This document shows positions 11,147 through 23,489 of a stretch of DNA of 64,000 nucleotides, one piece after another. The notes beneath the pieces were generated by a model. It searched no databases. It saw only the letters and a program-made list of their open reading frames with translations, and was not told where the DNA came from. Source of the DNA: Eledone cirrhosa (Eukaryota); assembly GCA_964016885.1 (NCBI GenBank), contig OZ024743.1, forward strand, positions 255,564,001 to 255,628,000, given 5' to 3'. Each line of letters begins with the position of its first letter. The stretch's first letter is position 1. Made by a program: the position numbers and the translations under genes.

Positions 11147-11501
11147 GGAGGCACATGGCTCAGTGGTTAGAGCATTGGCCTTGCAATCGAAAGGTTGTGA
11201 GTTCAATTCTCAGACCGGGCGATGTGTTGTTTCCTTGAGCAAGACACTTTATTTCACATTGCTCCAGTTTACTCAGCTGTAGAAATGAGATGATAGGGAC
11301 TGGGGTCCATATCATTCCACTGTAAAGTGGACGTGTAGGTGCCACGGCAAAAAAAAACGCACCCAGTACTCACTGTAAATGAGGTTGGTGTTAGGAAGGG
11401 CATCCAGCTGTAGAAATCAAGCCAGAATCAGTTCCAGTCCCACCCTTGCAAGCAGGGAAAAGTGGACGTAAAATGAAATGATGAATGATGATGATGATGA
11501 T
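11147..11501 (+). mobile_element. tRNA-derived CORE-type SINE with RTE 3' tail
   Basis: A box TGGCTCAGTGG, B box GAGTTCAATTC, CORE-like CCTTGAGCAAGACACTT..CAGTTTACTCAGCTGTAGAAATG, then RTE 3' UTR sequence and (GAT)n. Confidence 0.8.
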
Positions 11502-11519
11502 ATATATATATATATATCT

Positions 11520-12650
11520 TCTTTGTAGTTCATTGAAGTTAATGATGATGTTGTTCTTCATAGCAGCCTGTGATGAGCACAAACAAAGGTGAAATGTTGA
11601 ATACAGTTCCCACAGACTCAACTACAGATGTTGCTCACATGCTATACTAGTGCAAGATTGTTAGTACTGGTGTTGAGCCATGAATCTATCTCGGCCTGCA
11701 GTGATCTGATCAGAGAGAAATTTAGATATCTCAGTGATAGACTGAGATGTAAAAAAGCTCCTGTCTCTGCCCACCAGGATCTAGTCAGAGTGTCATTTAG
11801 ACAGCTCATTGAGATGCTGAGTGGTAAAGGTGCACCTTTTTCTGCTCACAGTGATTTGATCCGAATGAAGTTTAGATATCTCAGTGTGATGCTGAGTGAT
11901 AAGAGAGCACCTGACTCTGCCCACAGTAATCTGGTCAGAGTGAAATTCAGACTGCTCAGGGAGATGCTGTGAGGTAATAGAGGACCTGTCTCTGCTCACA
12001 GTGACCTGGTCTTGCAGAAAAGGGCAGCACAACCTGCCAAATACTTCCCATAGTATGGCTCTGTTGATGTTGACAAAATCCTTAGTGAGGTCTATGTATA
12101 ATGGATTTTGCTACTCAGCATATTTTTGTTGAAGCTGGTGTAATGTAAATACGTTGTTAGATGTGTCCCTGCCTCATTGGAGTCCACCCTGTGACTCAGG
12201 TAGTATATTTAGTATATTTTCACATCACTTAGAGAGTCATGTCAAGATGATTTCATATAATACTTTGCCACTTGCTGATAAGAGTGAGATTCCCTTGTAG
12301 TTATTAAACACTGATTTATTGCCTTTCTTGTAAAGGACGATAATATCAGCATTCTTGATCTTGTGGCAGTTCCTCCTGCATCTATATAGATTTAACTATA
12401 TTGACAAAAATGTTTGTAACCTCGACACTCTTAGCTTCAGCAGATTACTAGGCAGGATGATGGAGCCTGCTGCATGATGGTTCGTGTATAGCTGAGATTA
12501 TTTCAGTGTCAATGGGGACAGATGCCATGTGATTGTATATTGAGCTTTCTTTAATTTCATTTAGGATATTATATCCTGTTTCAGTCTTCTTCTGGTACAG
12601 TTCACCAAAATGTTTTTGCTAGCAGTGTTGGGGACCTACAGCTCTCCAGA
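11520..12650 (-). mobile_element. Degenerate RTE (BovB-like) RT fragment interrupted by a minisatellite
   Basis: Minus strand: ADIIVLYKKGNKSVFNNYKGISLLSASGKV..ILPESQGG..FTLHQLQQKY..PLYIDLTKDF..NRAILW. Confidence 0.65.
11685..12012. repeat. 75-bp minisatellite, about 4.3 units
   Basis: Units recur every 75 bp (TCTGCYCACAGTGATCTGRTC..), giving 25-aa repeats in ORF 11628..11972. Confidence 0.85.
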
Positions 12651-12679
12651 TCATGTTGACCTACCTATCCTTAAATAAT

Positions 12680-12862
12680 TGTTTCTATTTTTTTGGCACA
12701 AGGCCAGCAACTACCCAATGCATTACTGGTACTTTATTTTGTCACGTAAGGAATAAAGGCAAAGTTAACCTCGACGGGATTTGAACTCAGACCGTAAAGG
12801 GATGTAACTATGCTGGAAAGCATGGCATCTGACCCTCTACCGATACTGCCAATTCACCGCCC
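12680..12862 (-). mobile_element. Meta-type tRNA SINE
   Basis: Reverse complement of the 36353-36527 unit (B box GAGTTCAAATCC; GCCTTTCATCC..GATAAAATAAAGTACCAG-like domain). Confidence 0.75.
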
Positions 12863-12903
12863 TTGGGACTCTGTATCCTTTAAAAACCCATGCTACCTAT
12901 CTT

Positions 12904-15450
12904 AAATAATAATAATAATAATGAAAGTATTGTGTGCAGTGCACTACAACTCATCAAAGGTGCATGTATAGTACATAGAATAATGTACAAATGACAGGAA
13001 GGTGAACAGTGTATGAGTCATTATATACATGTGTGCATGTGTATGGAGGAGGAATATCAGGTGCAGTGTTGGTGAATTTCAGGAAGCATGGAGGTTTTAA
13101 AGGATACAGAGTCCCAACAGCTAACAACTGATGCAAGTAGTTTATTCCATGCTTCAGTAACTCTGACCATGAAAAAATGTTTCCAAAAGTCATGGGAGCT
13201 ATGCTGTTTTCTGACTCTGTAGGCATACCTACGTGTGTTAGACACATGGAATTCAAAAAGGTGCTCAGGGTTGTTGTTGGCAAGATGGTTAATAATTTTG
13301 TGGGTGTTTACCAAGTCAGTTGCCAGATGTCAGAGCTTCAAAGTATCCATGTCCAGGGAAGCAAGGCATTCAGAGTATGGTAGATGCCGGATGGTGGATA
13401 TTTGCTTGGTTTCACTTTTCAATATTCCGAGCAAGATAGGAGTTCCAGACTGGTGATGCAAATTCTAGGTGTGGTCACACATAGCTATATACAGCTTTAA
13501 ATAGATAGCTGGAGAGCGACTGACAAAGGTCTTACTGAATGATGTCAAGTCACCATCGGCCTTCTTGACAATTTTAGATATATGCTTTGTCCAATGCAAA
13601 TTGCTGCTGACAGTAATTCCCAGGTCACATTCACAAGAAGATTTCTTGAGATTTGTGTTGTGGAGGGAATGTGTGGATGCTGGGATTTTTCTCCCAAAAT
13701 GCATGGTGGTACACTTGACTACAGCCAGCTTAAGTTGCCAGTCCGTGATCCATGGCTGCATTGTGTCGAGGTCTGATTTCAGGAAAGATCTATCTATAGT
13801 GTTGAGGATCTGTCCTTTTTATCTCAAGGTACAGCTTGATGCCATCTGCATAAGTCAGCACTGTAACATTCTTAAAGTTGGCATCTATGTCGTTAATATA
13901 TGCAAAAAACAAAAAGGGACCAAGAACAGATCCCTGCGGTACACCAGATGACATCGCATATGTTGATGAATGCTATCCTAGAACTCTAACTACCTTTTTT
14001 TGATTGAGAATGAAGGACTTCAACCAATAAAAAAGATCATCTCTCACACCCATTGCAGAGAGTTTTGCCATAAGTCTTTTGTGTGGCACAGAATTAAAAG
14101 CTTTAGCAAAGTCAAGGTAAACAACATCCAACCATGAGCCGCCATCAGTGATTCGGGTAATATCTTCAAGAAATTTGATAAATTCTTCACAGCAGCTGGA
14201 GTTATGGATAAATCCAAATTGCAAGGGCTGGGTTAGGCTGCGAGAATTCCAGAAGTTCCAGTGTTTCTCTGACACAGGATTTTGTCAGTTTGGCAATGCA
14301 GCTAGTACAACTGACTGGACAATAGTTGACAGGTGACGTGTAATGACACTGGCAGTTTTCACTCCAGAGTAGCACCATTATTAAGACAGTCATTGTTAAG
14401 ACAGTCATTGTTATGACATTGTTAAGAAGAGTCAAAGCTGGTGCAGAAGAAAGTACACACCACGTTGAGAAGCAGGTATGTAACACCATCAAGACCAAGA
14501 GAGGCATAGTTGTGCTTATTCTTAAGGTGATGTCGCAGCATTGCAGGTGGAAATTCCATAGTTGTAATAGAATTTGATGTCAGAGCTGGTGGAGATGGCA
14601 CGTTTTGGTTTTCAACAGTAAAAATGTCTGCATAGCATTAATCAATGAGTTCTGTGCATTCTCTGGGATCGTCAGTAATCTGGTTTATGATGGGGTTGCG
14701 AAGAGGACCAACTGAAAAGTGAGGTCTCTGCATTGAATGTACATATTTCCAGAACGCTTTATTGTCAGGGATGGTTGCTATGCGCTGTTCAAATTCAAGC
14801 ACTGCCTTTTTTGTTACCTGCTTGAGATGATTGGATGATTTAATGAGCCTTTTTCTACTGATATATGATTTATGCAGTGTATATTTCCGTTCGGCATTTC
14901 AATGTTGTTTCCTGGCAAGTCGGACTGCTGCAGTTTCTCAAATTGCACTTTTGGGATGTTTTTTGTGCTTACATGGTACTGATGCTGCACATGCTGTCCA
15001 TATAGTTCAGGATATTCTGAAGTATAGTGTTCACATCTCCAGAGTCATAAAATTCAAGCCAGTTTAGGCATTGTAGCTCGGTGCAGTAAGAGTTCCAGTT
15101 TGCTTTATTCCAGTCAAAGCAAGCATTTTGGAGATGGTTGTGGTTTTTGTTACTGCTCACAAGAGACAGATTGGAAATGATCAGAGTCACCTAAATGTTC
15201 TTCAGTAGTGACACTAATAACCGTTTCAGGAGTAGTGGTAAAGAGCAGATCCAAAGTGTTATGACCTCTTGTGGGGGAGGTGAGTACTTGGGACTAGTTC
15301 AAGTCCAGCACTAGCTCAAGGAAATCATTTATACTTTGCGGCCAATGAAAGGTTTCCCAATCAATGTCAGGGTCATTGAAGTTACCTGTAATAAAAACAT
15401 AAGTGGCTGTTTTCCTGGCATCAGCTCTGAGCATATCACAATGGAGGATA
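12904..15450 (-). mobile_element. CR1-clade LINE (partial APE + RT, disrupted) with (ATT)n tail
   Basis: PTRGHNTLDLLF, QFGF..DVVYLDFAKAFNSVPHKRL, SGVPQGSVLGP, YADG, WQLKLAVVKC..MHFG, HFFMVRVTEAWNKL; multiple frameshifts. Confidence 0.9.
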
Positions 15451-16127
15451 CAACATCATCATCATCATCATCATCATCATCAGTGGATCTCTTTTTAGGT
15501 CTGCATATACTATTGCTTGGTGAGATAAAAAAATTCTAGTGTGACTCAGAAAGAAATATATGTTTAAAAACCATATACTCTGATAAAACAGGGGTTACCT
15601 TTGCAACTCCTATGACAAGCATCTTCATTTTGCCATATCCTCTTCAAAATTACCTATTAACCCCACCTGGCTTCATTTATCCAACATTATCATTAACCAT
15701 ATCTTATTTGGACTTACCTTTCCTCCGCTTCTTTCCACATTTATTTCCATCATTCTCCTAGTCCAGTCACTTTCATCCTTCCTCAACACATGACCCAGGC
15801 ATTTTATTCTTTCTCCTTTGCAACAATAGTCTATTTTCTCATGGAATTACTTTCTTATGTATATTTCAGAATGCAAATATATCTTGAAGTGGATGTGATA
15901 TTACAGTTAATTTTTTGGTAAAAATTAATGGGTCTGCTATAAGTACTTTATTTTAAAGTTATTTTCACTGATATATACTTTTGCTGTCCAATCTGCTGGT
16001 TTTGTATCTCGTCTGTATTTACTTTATTTAAATAGGCATTTTACATGGGTTGTTCTCTGTTGAATTTGATTTTACTGTTATATAGCAAGGAAAGTGGACA
16101 TTAAAGGATGATAAAAAATATATATAT

Positions 16128-16295
16128 ATCATCATCATCATCATCATCATCGTTTAACGTCCATATTCCATGCTTGCATGGGTTTGGATGGGAGTTTTCC
16201 CACTTGAGGCAAGAGTGATTGTCTTGCTCGCATAGGACTGTCTGGCGGGTTTTCTACAGCTGGATGCCCTTCCTAACACCAACCACATTTACAGT
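16128..16295 (-). mobile_element. RTE family B 3' UTR fragment
   Basis: Matches 48587-48750 and 62490-62657; (CAT)n tail on the plus strand. Confidence 0.8.
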
Positions 16296-17409
16296 ATATA
16301 TCATTATCATTATAAAATGAAATGTCCACTTGAATAAGCAAAGGACAGATTTTCTTAGAAAGATATTATATTTAAAAAAACAAAACATTGCTGTACTCCA
16401 GTGTGATTGTCTTTTATTAAAGATTTTTCATATTTCTGTACTGGTTCTTTGTACTTTGTTTAGAACAATAGATTTTCTCAATCTATGTGTATATTAAAAA
16501 TTTCAAGGACTTCACAGCCTCATCTTTAAATTCAGAATGGCCAGATAATTGGTGTATTAGTCATGTGTTATGACGTTGTAGATGTTTCATTTAAAATTTA
16601 TCAACAGATGAAGCATGGGAGTTATTATAATTGGTTTTATGTATGCTGTATCTGTATGTATATGCTGTATATTTATGTATGAAGCATTGACAAATATAAG
16701 AATTTTCAATATATGTTAGCTTAAATAAACTGTTTCAGTGCAGGTGTTTTTACAATGAAAATTAGTCAAACAAATTGGACATATGACCAACTTTGGCTAC
16801 ATTTCATAGTGAAAAACCTGCTTTGAAGCAGCTAACTTCAAGCTAACAAGCATTTATAATTCATATATAAATACATATATATAAGAGAGAGTGAGAGAAA
16901 GAAAGGGAGAGGGAGGAATTAACTGATTTCTATTTTAATAAATTAGCCTTATATTTATTAATGAATCCAGGTAAAACTTTTAGGCCAGTGTTGCTAAGAT
17001 ACATTTTCAGTAAATTAACAATGTTCGAGGATTTATACATTTTCATTTTTAATTCTTTTTCACTCCAAAGATTTTTGACATTTATTAATTGAAGTGTAGA
17101 AATACATTTCCTCTATAGAAGTTAATGTGATTCTCTCAGATGAGATTAAAAATAAAAAAATAAAAATTGAAAAGAAACTGTAGAATCCTGGTTGAATGAC
17201 ACATTTTCACGAAGTGACATATATATTGTGAACATAATGTGTATTCTGAAGCTAAATGTTATTGACATCTTGTTTTGAAAATAGAGAAATAAGCATTGAA
17301 TTATAAAAGCTTTGCCATGTTCATTTTCAATGCAACAGCCTTTCATGCTCCTGTTAGCTTTATTAACCCTATCATTGTAACCTCTTTATGCAACTTATAT
17401 ACATACACA

Positions 17410-17481
17410 TCCTTGATAGTATAGGAGTAAGTATCCCTGCTTGACATGCAGGAGACCGGGGTTTGATTCCTCGCTGGGGAG
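17410..17481 (+). pseudogene. tRNA-Asp-derived pseudogene/SINE head
   Basis: TCCTTGATAGTATAGGAGTAAGTATCCCTGCTTGACATGCAGGAGACCGGGGTTTGATTCCTCGCTGGGGAG aligns end-to-end (72 nt) with metazoan tRNA-Asp(GTC), with CpG-type decay; anticodon now GAC. A SINE-like tail follows to about 17557. Confidence 0.8.
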
Positions 17482-19319
17482 GTGTAATTCGTTTTTAAGG
17501 GCAGTGCCCCAGCATGGCCTCAGCCGGATAGCTGGAACAGGTAAAAGAGTAAAAGAATATACATATTTACAAACATATACATGCACATATTTACACACAT
17601 GCCTAGGTTGTATATTAGTAAAAGACAAAAATAATGAATTTCTCTAGAGTTGGATGAGAGTAGAGGAAAAAGGGATAAATTTAACCCTTTAAACTATTAA
17701 AGTATGCAGTCTCTTTTTCCAGGTTTCTACACAAAAATTGGAGGAGGCACTTTTAAACTGGCCCTACATTCAGACACATGGACAAAAATATGAAAAAGGG
17801 AAGTTGTTGTCCTTAGGGAAAATCTCTCTCCTGAAAGTAAGAATCTATATTTGAATCAAGAGAGGTATTTCTGGGCTGAAAACTGTTGGTATATAAATTT
17901 ATCAATTTCTAGGACTATTCTGTCCAGTGGATAATGGGATAAAGGAAATAACTCAAGGGCTTATCAGGAAGTTAATCTGTTGTATGTAAATGGACACACG
18001 TACACACATGGACAGAGATGATGAATAATTAAGATTTAAGAATATAATAGACATACATTTGTGTCCATACATGCATTGGCACATGCATAACTTTGCACAC
18101 AACTGTACAGGTAGCTATTTCAGCCTACATGCATACATATATACACAGACACAAGGCATGGACATACACACATACATGCACATATGTATATACACATATA
18201 TAGATATATATATGTAAGAATGCAAACATGCATATTCACTCAAAATGTGTGTCTTTATTGCGGCTTCACTAATTTTAAAATCTGAGATGTAAGGGGTTGC
18301 ATGTCTGTATGCTCGTTGTTTGCAGTGTGATGTTGTAATCTCGATGTCTCTGTCATCAATTCGCCAGTTCAATATAACCAGTTTTTACCCTTCTATCACT
18401 AGACAAGGATTAGACTTCACGCATACCTTCAGAGCTATTAGTAACCAAGAACTTGACCTGATTAACCAGAACAGGACAATTTGTCCTACCTATGTTATAA
18501 CAAGGCATTGAATTTGCAGAGTCAATAGAATATCAGATAACATAATCTGTGGTATTCATTGAAGTTCTCTTTGTTCTGAGTTCAAAACCCACTAATGCTA
18601 ACTTTGTCTTTCATCTTTTCAGGATTAGTAAAAAAAAGTACCAGTCCAATATTGAGGTCAATTCTTCCTCTACAGCTCTTTTTCCCTTCCTATCTTTCAT
18701 TCTCTCTTTTTTTCTCTGGAAGAAATCAGCTGTGTTCAGACTTGCTGGAAAGCTGGTCTCCACTAAGTTTATTTTAAAATGCCTAAAGCATGCTGTATGT
18801 TATTAGAGCCACCTCAGCCTTAGTTTATCTGGAGTTACAGATTCATGCATACACACGCCTTGTTCTTTTTGCATATGAGAAGGTCTCAGGTGGTTGTCAT
18901 TTACCTGATTGAGGTCAGAGATTAGTGATAAGTTTCCAGAGCACACCACATGGTGGTTGACAAACTTGGGCTTCCCACATATGACTGACAATTTGCTTCT
19001 TTATGTATGCATATTTTTTACTGTAGGATGAGTGCTGGGTAGCAACTAATAATAGGGAAAATGTAGGGTGCTGTGGGGTGGTGGAAGAGGGTATCTGAGG
19101 AAGACAACTGATGAAATGCCAAGGAGAAGAGATTTCAATATGTTTCATCATGCATAAGAGATAAAGAATAGTTTCAGATATGTGGTGGTATGTAGTAGAG
19201 TGATGACAGTATACTTTTCTACTAACATTGCAATGGTGGTGGTGGTGGAGAGGTAATCGTGTTGTTGGAGGTGGTGGTTGCCACAGTGATGAAAATGGAT
19301 TCTAGCTGATGTCGTTATG

Positions 19320-20240
19320 GTATATTAACATTGTGACATTGATGATGATGATGATGTGATGATATGATGGTGATTATGATCATGATGGTAGTGATGATGA
19401 TGGTGGTTGGGCTGGCAATGGTTGTGGTTGAGGCAGTTATGGTGGTGTTAATAATAATGATGATGCTGATGATGATAACTACAAAGATAATTGTTTCTAC
19501 CTTTGGCACAAGGCCAGCAATTATCCCAGTGCCTGACTGGTACTTTATTTTATCGATCCTGCAAGGATGAAAGGCAAAGTTAACCTCGGCAGGATTTGAA
19601 CTCAGACTGTAAAGGGGCGAAACTATGCTACAAAGCATGGCTTCCGACCCTTAAAGATAATACTACTACTGCTGCAGATGATGATGGTGATGATGTTGAG
19701 AAGGAAGATGATAATGATAGTAATGTTGGTGATAAAAGTGATACTACTATTGTTCTTGCTTATGAAAATGATGATGATGATGATGGCAATGAGGATAAAT
19801 GTGATACTGGTATTACTGAGGAGAACGACAAACAGGATGATGATGATGATGTTGATAATGTTGCTGCTGCTGCTGCTGTTAATGATGGTCATGCAGTCAC
19901 TCATGGTAATAAGGATGATGATGATACTTGTGATGGTTGGTCATAGTTATGGTGATGATGATGAAGAAGAGAAGGAGGATGGGAAGAAGGAAGTTGTTGT
20001 TGTTGGTGATGATGATACAATTATTGCTGTTGATGACGATAATAAAGAGAATTATGTGTTTATAATGAGGAGGATAATGATGAGAAAGAAGAGGGTTAAA
20101 GTGATGACCATGATGATGAGGGGTGAGTATGATAATGATGATGATGATGATAACCAAACTGTTGATAGCCAAAACACAGATGATATAACATATATACACA
20201 CCATCACCAATATTATCATTATCATCATCATCAATATCAA
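19320..20240. repeat. (GAT)n/(GGT)n low-complexity region with a Meta-type SINE (minus strand, 19490-19650) inserted
   Basis: Degenerate trinucleotide runs; the SINE matches the 36353 unit in reverse. Confidence 0.85.
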
Positions 20241-20519
20241 TATCTTATGTTTATTTTTTTCTCTGCTGGCATAATTTGGATGGGTCTTTACAGACCAAGT
20301 CAATACTTAATCGGAGCCATTGTACTCCTAGAAGTGTTAAGGAATCACAACTCACTCCGATACATACTATGCTTTCTATTTATGGCTTGATGCCTTTAAT
20401 CTGAGCTGCTGTCTTTCTGGAAAGGTTGGGAGATGGTAACTCACTCAGATACATTCCAAGGTTTCTATTTATAACTAGTTGTCCTTTGTAAACAGAATAT
20501 TATGTTTACTAATGTTATT

Positions 20520-20766
20520 TACACCAAACATGCAGGCCAAGGGCCACATGCGTCCCTTTGAAAGCACACCTGCAGCCTGCACAAGGGCCACATGCGGCCC
20601 TTTGAAAGCACACCTGCAGCCTGCACAAGGTTTTTTTACAGCGCAAATGTAATATAAAATTAAAAATATTAGTTTTAATGTACACAATTAGTTGTAATGT
20701 GTGGCCCTCAGACAACACATATGTGACCCATGTGGCCCTTGGGGGACCCTCAGTTTGACATGCCTG
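20520..20766. mobile_element. hAT (Charlie-like) non-autonomous fragment with a 44-bp internal tandem duplication
   Basis: GGGCCACATGCGGCCC subterminal motifs and a ..GTTTGACATGCCTG terminus; 20539-20582 is repeated at 20583-20626. Confidence 0.55.
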
Positions 20767-21679
20767 ATTCACACCACTTCCTACATGAACCAGCTGTAAA
20801 TATGTATATCATCATCATCATCATCATTTAATATCCACTTTCCCTGCTAACAAGGTTTGGATAGATCTTCACAGATCAACTCTCTACTGAAGTAGGGCCA
20901 CTGACATCATAGAGAAACTGGAGTTCATATCTCACGTATGTAAGGTTCCATGTTCAATCAAGTGCATGTCAACATGGTACCAGTATTAGAAAGGTTGTCA
21001 TATCTTTTACACAACTGGAGAGTCTTACCAACCTTTTGTTTGGCATGCTCTGTCTGACACCAAGCACTTTGCAGCATGTACCTGGTATTTTATTGTGCAC
21101 TGACCCAGCATTAGGGAGGGTGTTATGTCCTTAACACAAAATCTCTGTTTAGCAAGCCTTTGAATGTTGGATGCCCTTCCTGTCACTCACCAACCATTTT
21201 ACAGCAATTACTGGGTGCATTTCTGATCTATATCACCAACACTATAAAGGTTGTTTTCATTGACACATTTTGGGCATGATTTTGACATTGGTGGGGGAGC
21301 CCTTCCTGTTGATATCCACCTTACGGCGTGTAGTGGGTGCATTTTTGAGGGCATCACCACTAGAGAGGTTGTTTGTCATAGTCCTAACTGAAGTTACCTC
21401 TTTGTTCTGGAGAGGAGGGTGGGGGGGGGCGATAGGGAAGGGAGATAGGTAAGTGAAAGAAGTGTGGGGTACACAAGGGAGAGGGTGAGTAGCTACAAGG
21501 GTGCAATAGTGAGGGTATCTAAGGGCTTTAGAGGGAGAGTAGCTAAGGAGTGGTATGGGAAGGGCCATTGTTGGTGGATGCAGTGGTGTTGAGGATAACT
21601 GCAGGGGAATGCTAGTAGTAAGTGCAGGACACATGGATGGGACACATATTGTATTGTATGCTTGTGTCCAGCTCTTCAT

Positions 21680-22345
21680 CATTACAGCATAGCACCAACT
21701 ATTTCAGTCCTTCCCCATCATAATTCTTCCTGGGTCTGCCTTTTTCACAGGTTCCATCCACTGGGACTTTTTGCATTTCTTTATGCAGCTTCTATCCTCC
21801 GTATGGATCACATGTTCATACCAGTGCAGTCATCTCTCTTGCACACTATATCCAATTCCTCCTATACCAAGGTTTTCTCTCAGTTCACTTATGCTATGTT
21901 GTTCATACACATTAACATTACACTTCCATCAGAGCATACTCACTTAATTTCTTTCCAGCCTCTGCTGATGTCCTATGATAAAGGCCCATGTTTCACTACC
22001 ATGTAGCATTGCAGCTCCAGCACAGACATCATGCAGTCTACAATCCCCTCTGAGAGAGAAGCCCTTTGATGTCAGTAGACATCTTACAACCTGTTCTGAC
22101 CCTAGCTATCACACTTTCAGTGCACCCTCCCCTGCTGCTAAATTGATCACATAAGTAACAAAAGCTGTTGACAAGCTCTAAGGAGCCTCCCTCACAATTT
22201 AAGGAATCTACTTCACATGTGATCTTAGGGCTTACTTCTATGCATTTTCCATAATATGATTGCAATCCATTAATATGATTGCAATCCCACTACATCTCTT
22301 GTGTATCCATAGATTGCACTGCGAGCACCTTATAGAATTTCTGAC
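21680..22345 (-). mobile_element. Degenerate RTE C-terminal fragment
   Basis: GSLELVNSFCYLCDQFSSRGGCTESVIARVRTG, related to the RTE at 23490-26870. Confidence 0.75.
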
Positions 22346-23489
22346 AAATCAAAGCAATGAGGTGTGTGGGCAAGTAGTCCAGCATGTGGCTATGGGTACC
22401 AATGTGGTTACAGAGTGTCAAGTTTTATCATTGATACTGCTATGTGTGTGTGTGTGTGGATGAGGTACATTTTATGAGTGTGCATTTTGTATTTATTGTT
22501 TGCGTGTTTGTGTCATAAAGAGGTGTATATTTTGTTCAGGATGGCATGTTTGTCTGGGTATATTAGCAGTGTGTGTGTGGTTTGGGCTGTGTGTGTGTGC
22601 ATCATGTACATTTATATACTTGTGTATAAATTCATACACACATACATTTATGTATAAATACACACACACATACACACACAAACACACACATATATATATA
22701 TAGGTACATATATATATATATATATATATATTGGTACTCGTATCGGTTTATTTTGCCCTGAGATGCTATAGGCCATAATGGCTACCCGCTCTCTCTCTCT
22801 CTCTCTCTAAGCCACCTATTACCTCCCTTTCTCTTTCATTCATTCTTCACTCATCTTGAAGTTCTTCAAGAAATAAGACTCACTTGATTCTGAAAGGCTG
22901 AAATCAATCACTAGAGCTGCTAAACCACGTTCAAGCCATCCATCCATATCTTCCAGGTATCCCTTTATTTCCCAATTGCAAATGTTCCGCTCACACTATT
23001 ATTGTTTTATTTATCATTTCACTAGCCTCCACAACACATTTATTTTTTACCCTCGTTTTCTTTTCCCATGCTGTCTCTCTACAAAGTCATCTACTCCCTT
23101 CCTCTCTCTCTTACATTATTATTAGTGTTGTTGTATTTATCATTTTGCTGTCTCTACTAAGTCATCTACTCCCTTCGAAATCCTAACATTAACATTTCGC
23201 CTTGTCTAATATTGGTACTCCTATCGATTTATTTTGCCATGAGATGTGATAGGCCATGATGGCTACCTATCTCACAACTTCCCTCCCGTCCACCACCTCA
23301 CACCATCATAGCCTATTTGACCAATCAAACCTCAGCATGTCCCTCCCACCCATTACCAACCCCAACAAACTCTGCCATTACTACTACTACCTACCTCTCT
23401 CCTCACCTGTCCCAGCCCCAACACACCCTGCCATTATTACCACCACCACTGTTCTTCTAGCAATGAATTCTCCTACCGTTATGTATGGA

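Noticed and set aside
17410-17481. Functional tRNA-Val(GAC)
   Set aside because: The body is tRNA-Asp with a mutated T-loop (GTTTGA) and other substitutions, and it is fused to a SINE-like tail.
19596-20274. Asp-rich and Met-rich ORFs
   Set aside because: Degenerate (GAT)n tract, open in several frames by composition alone.
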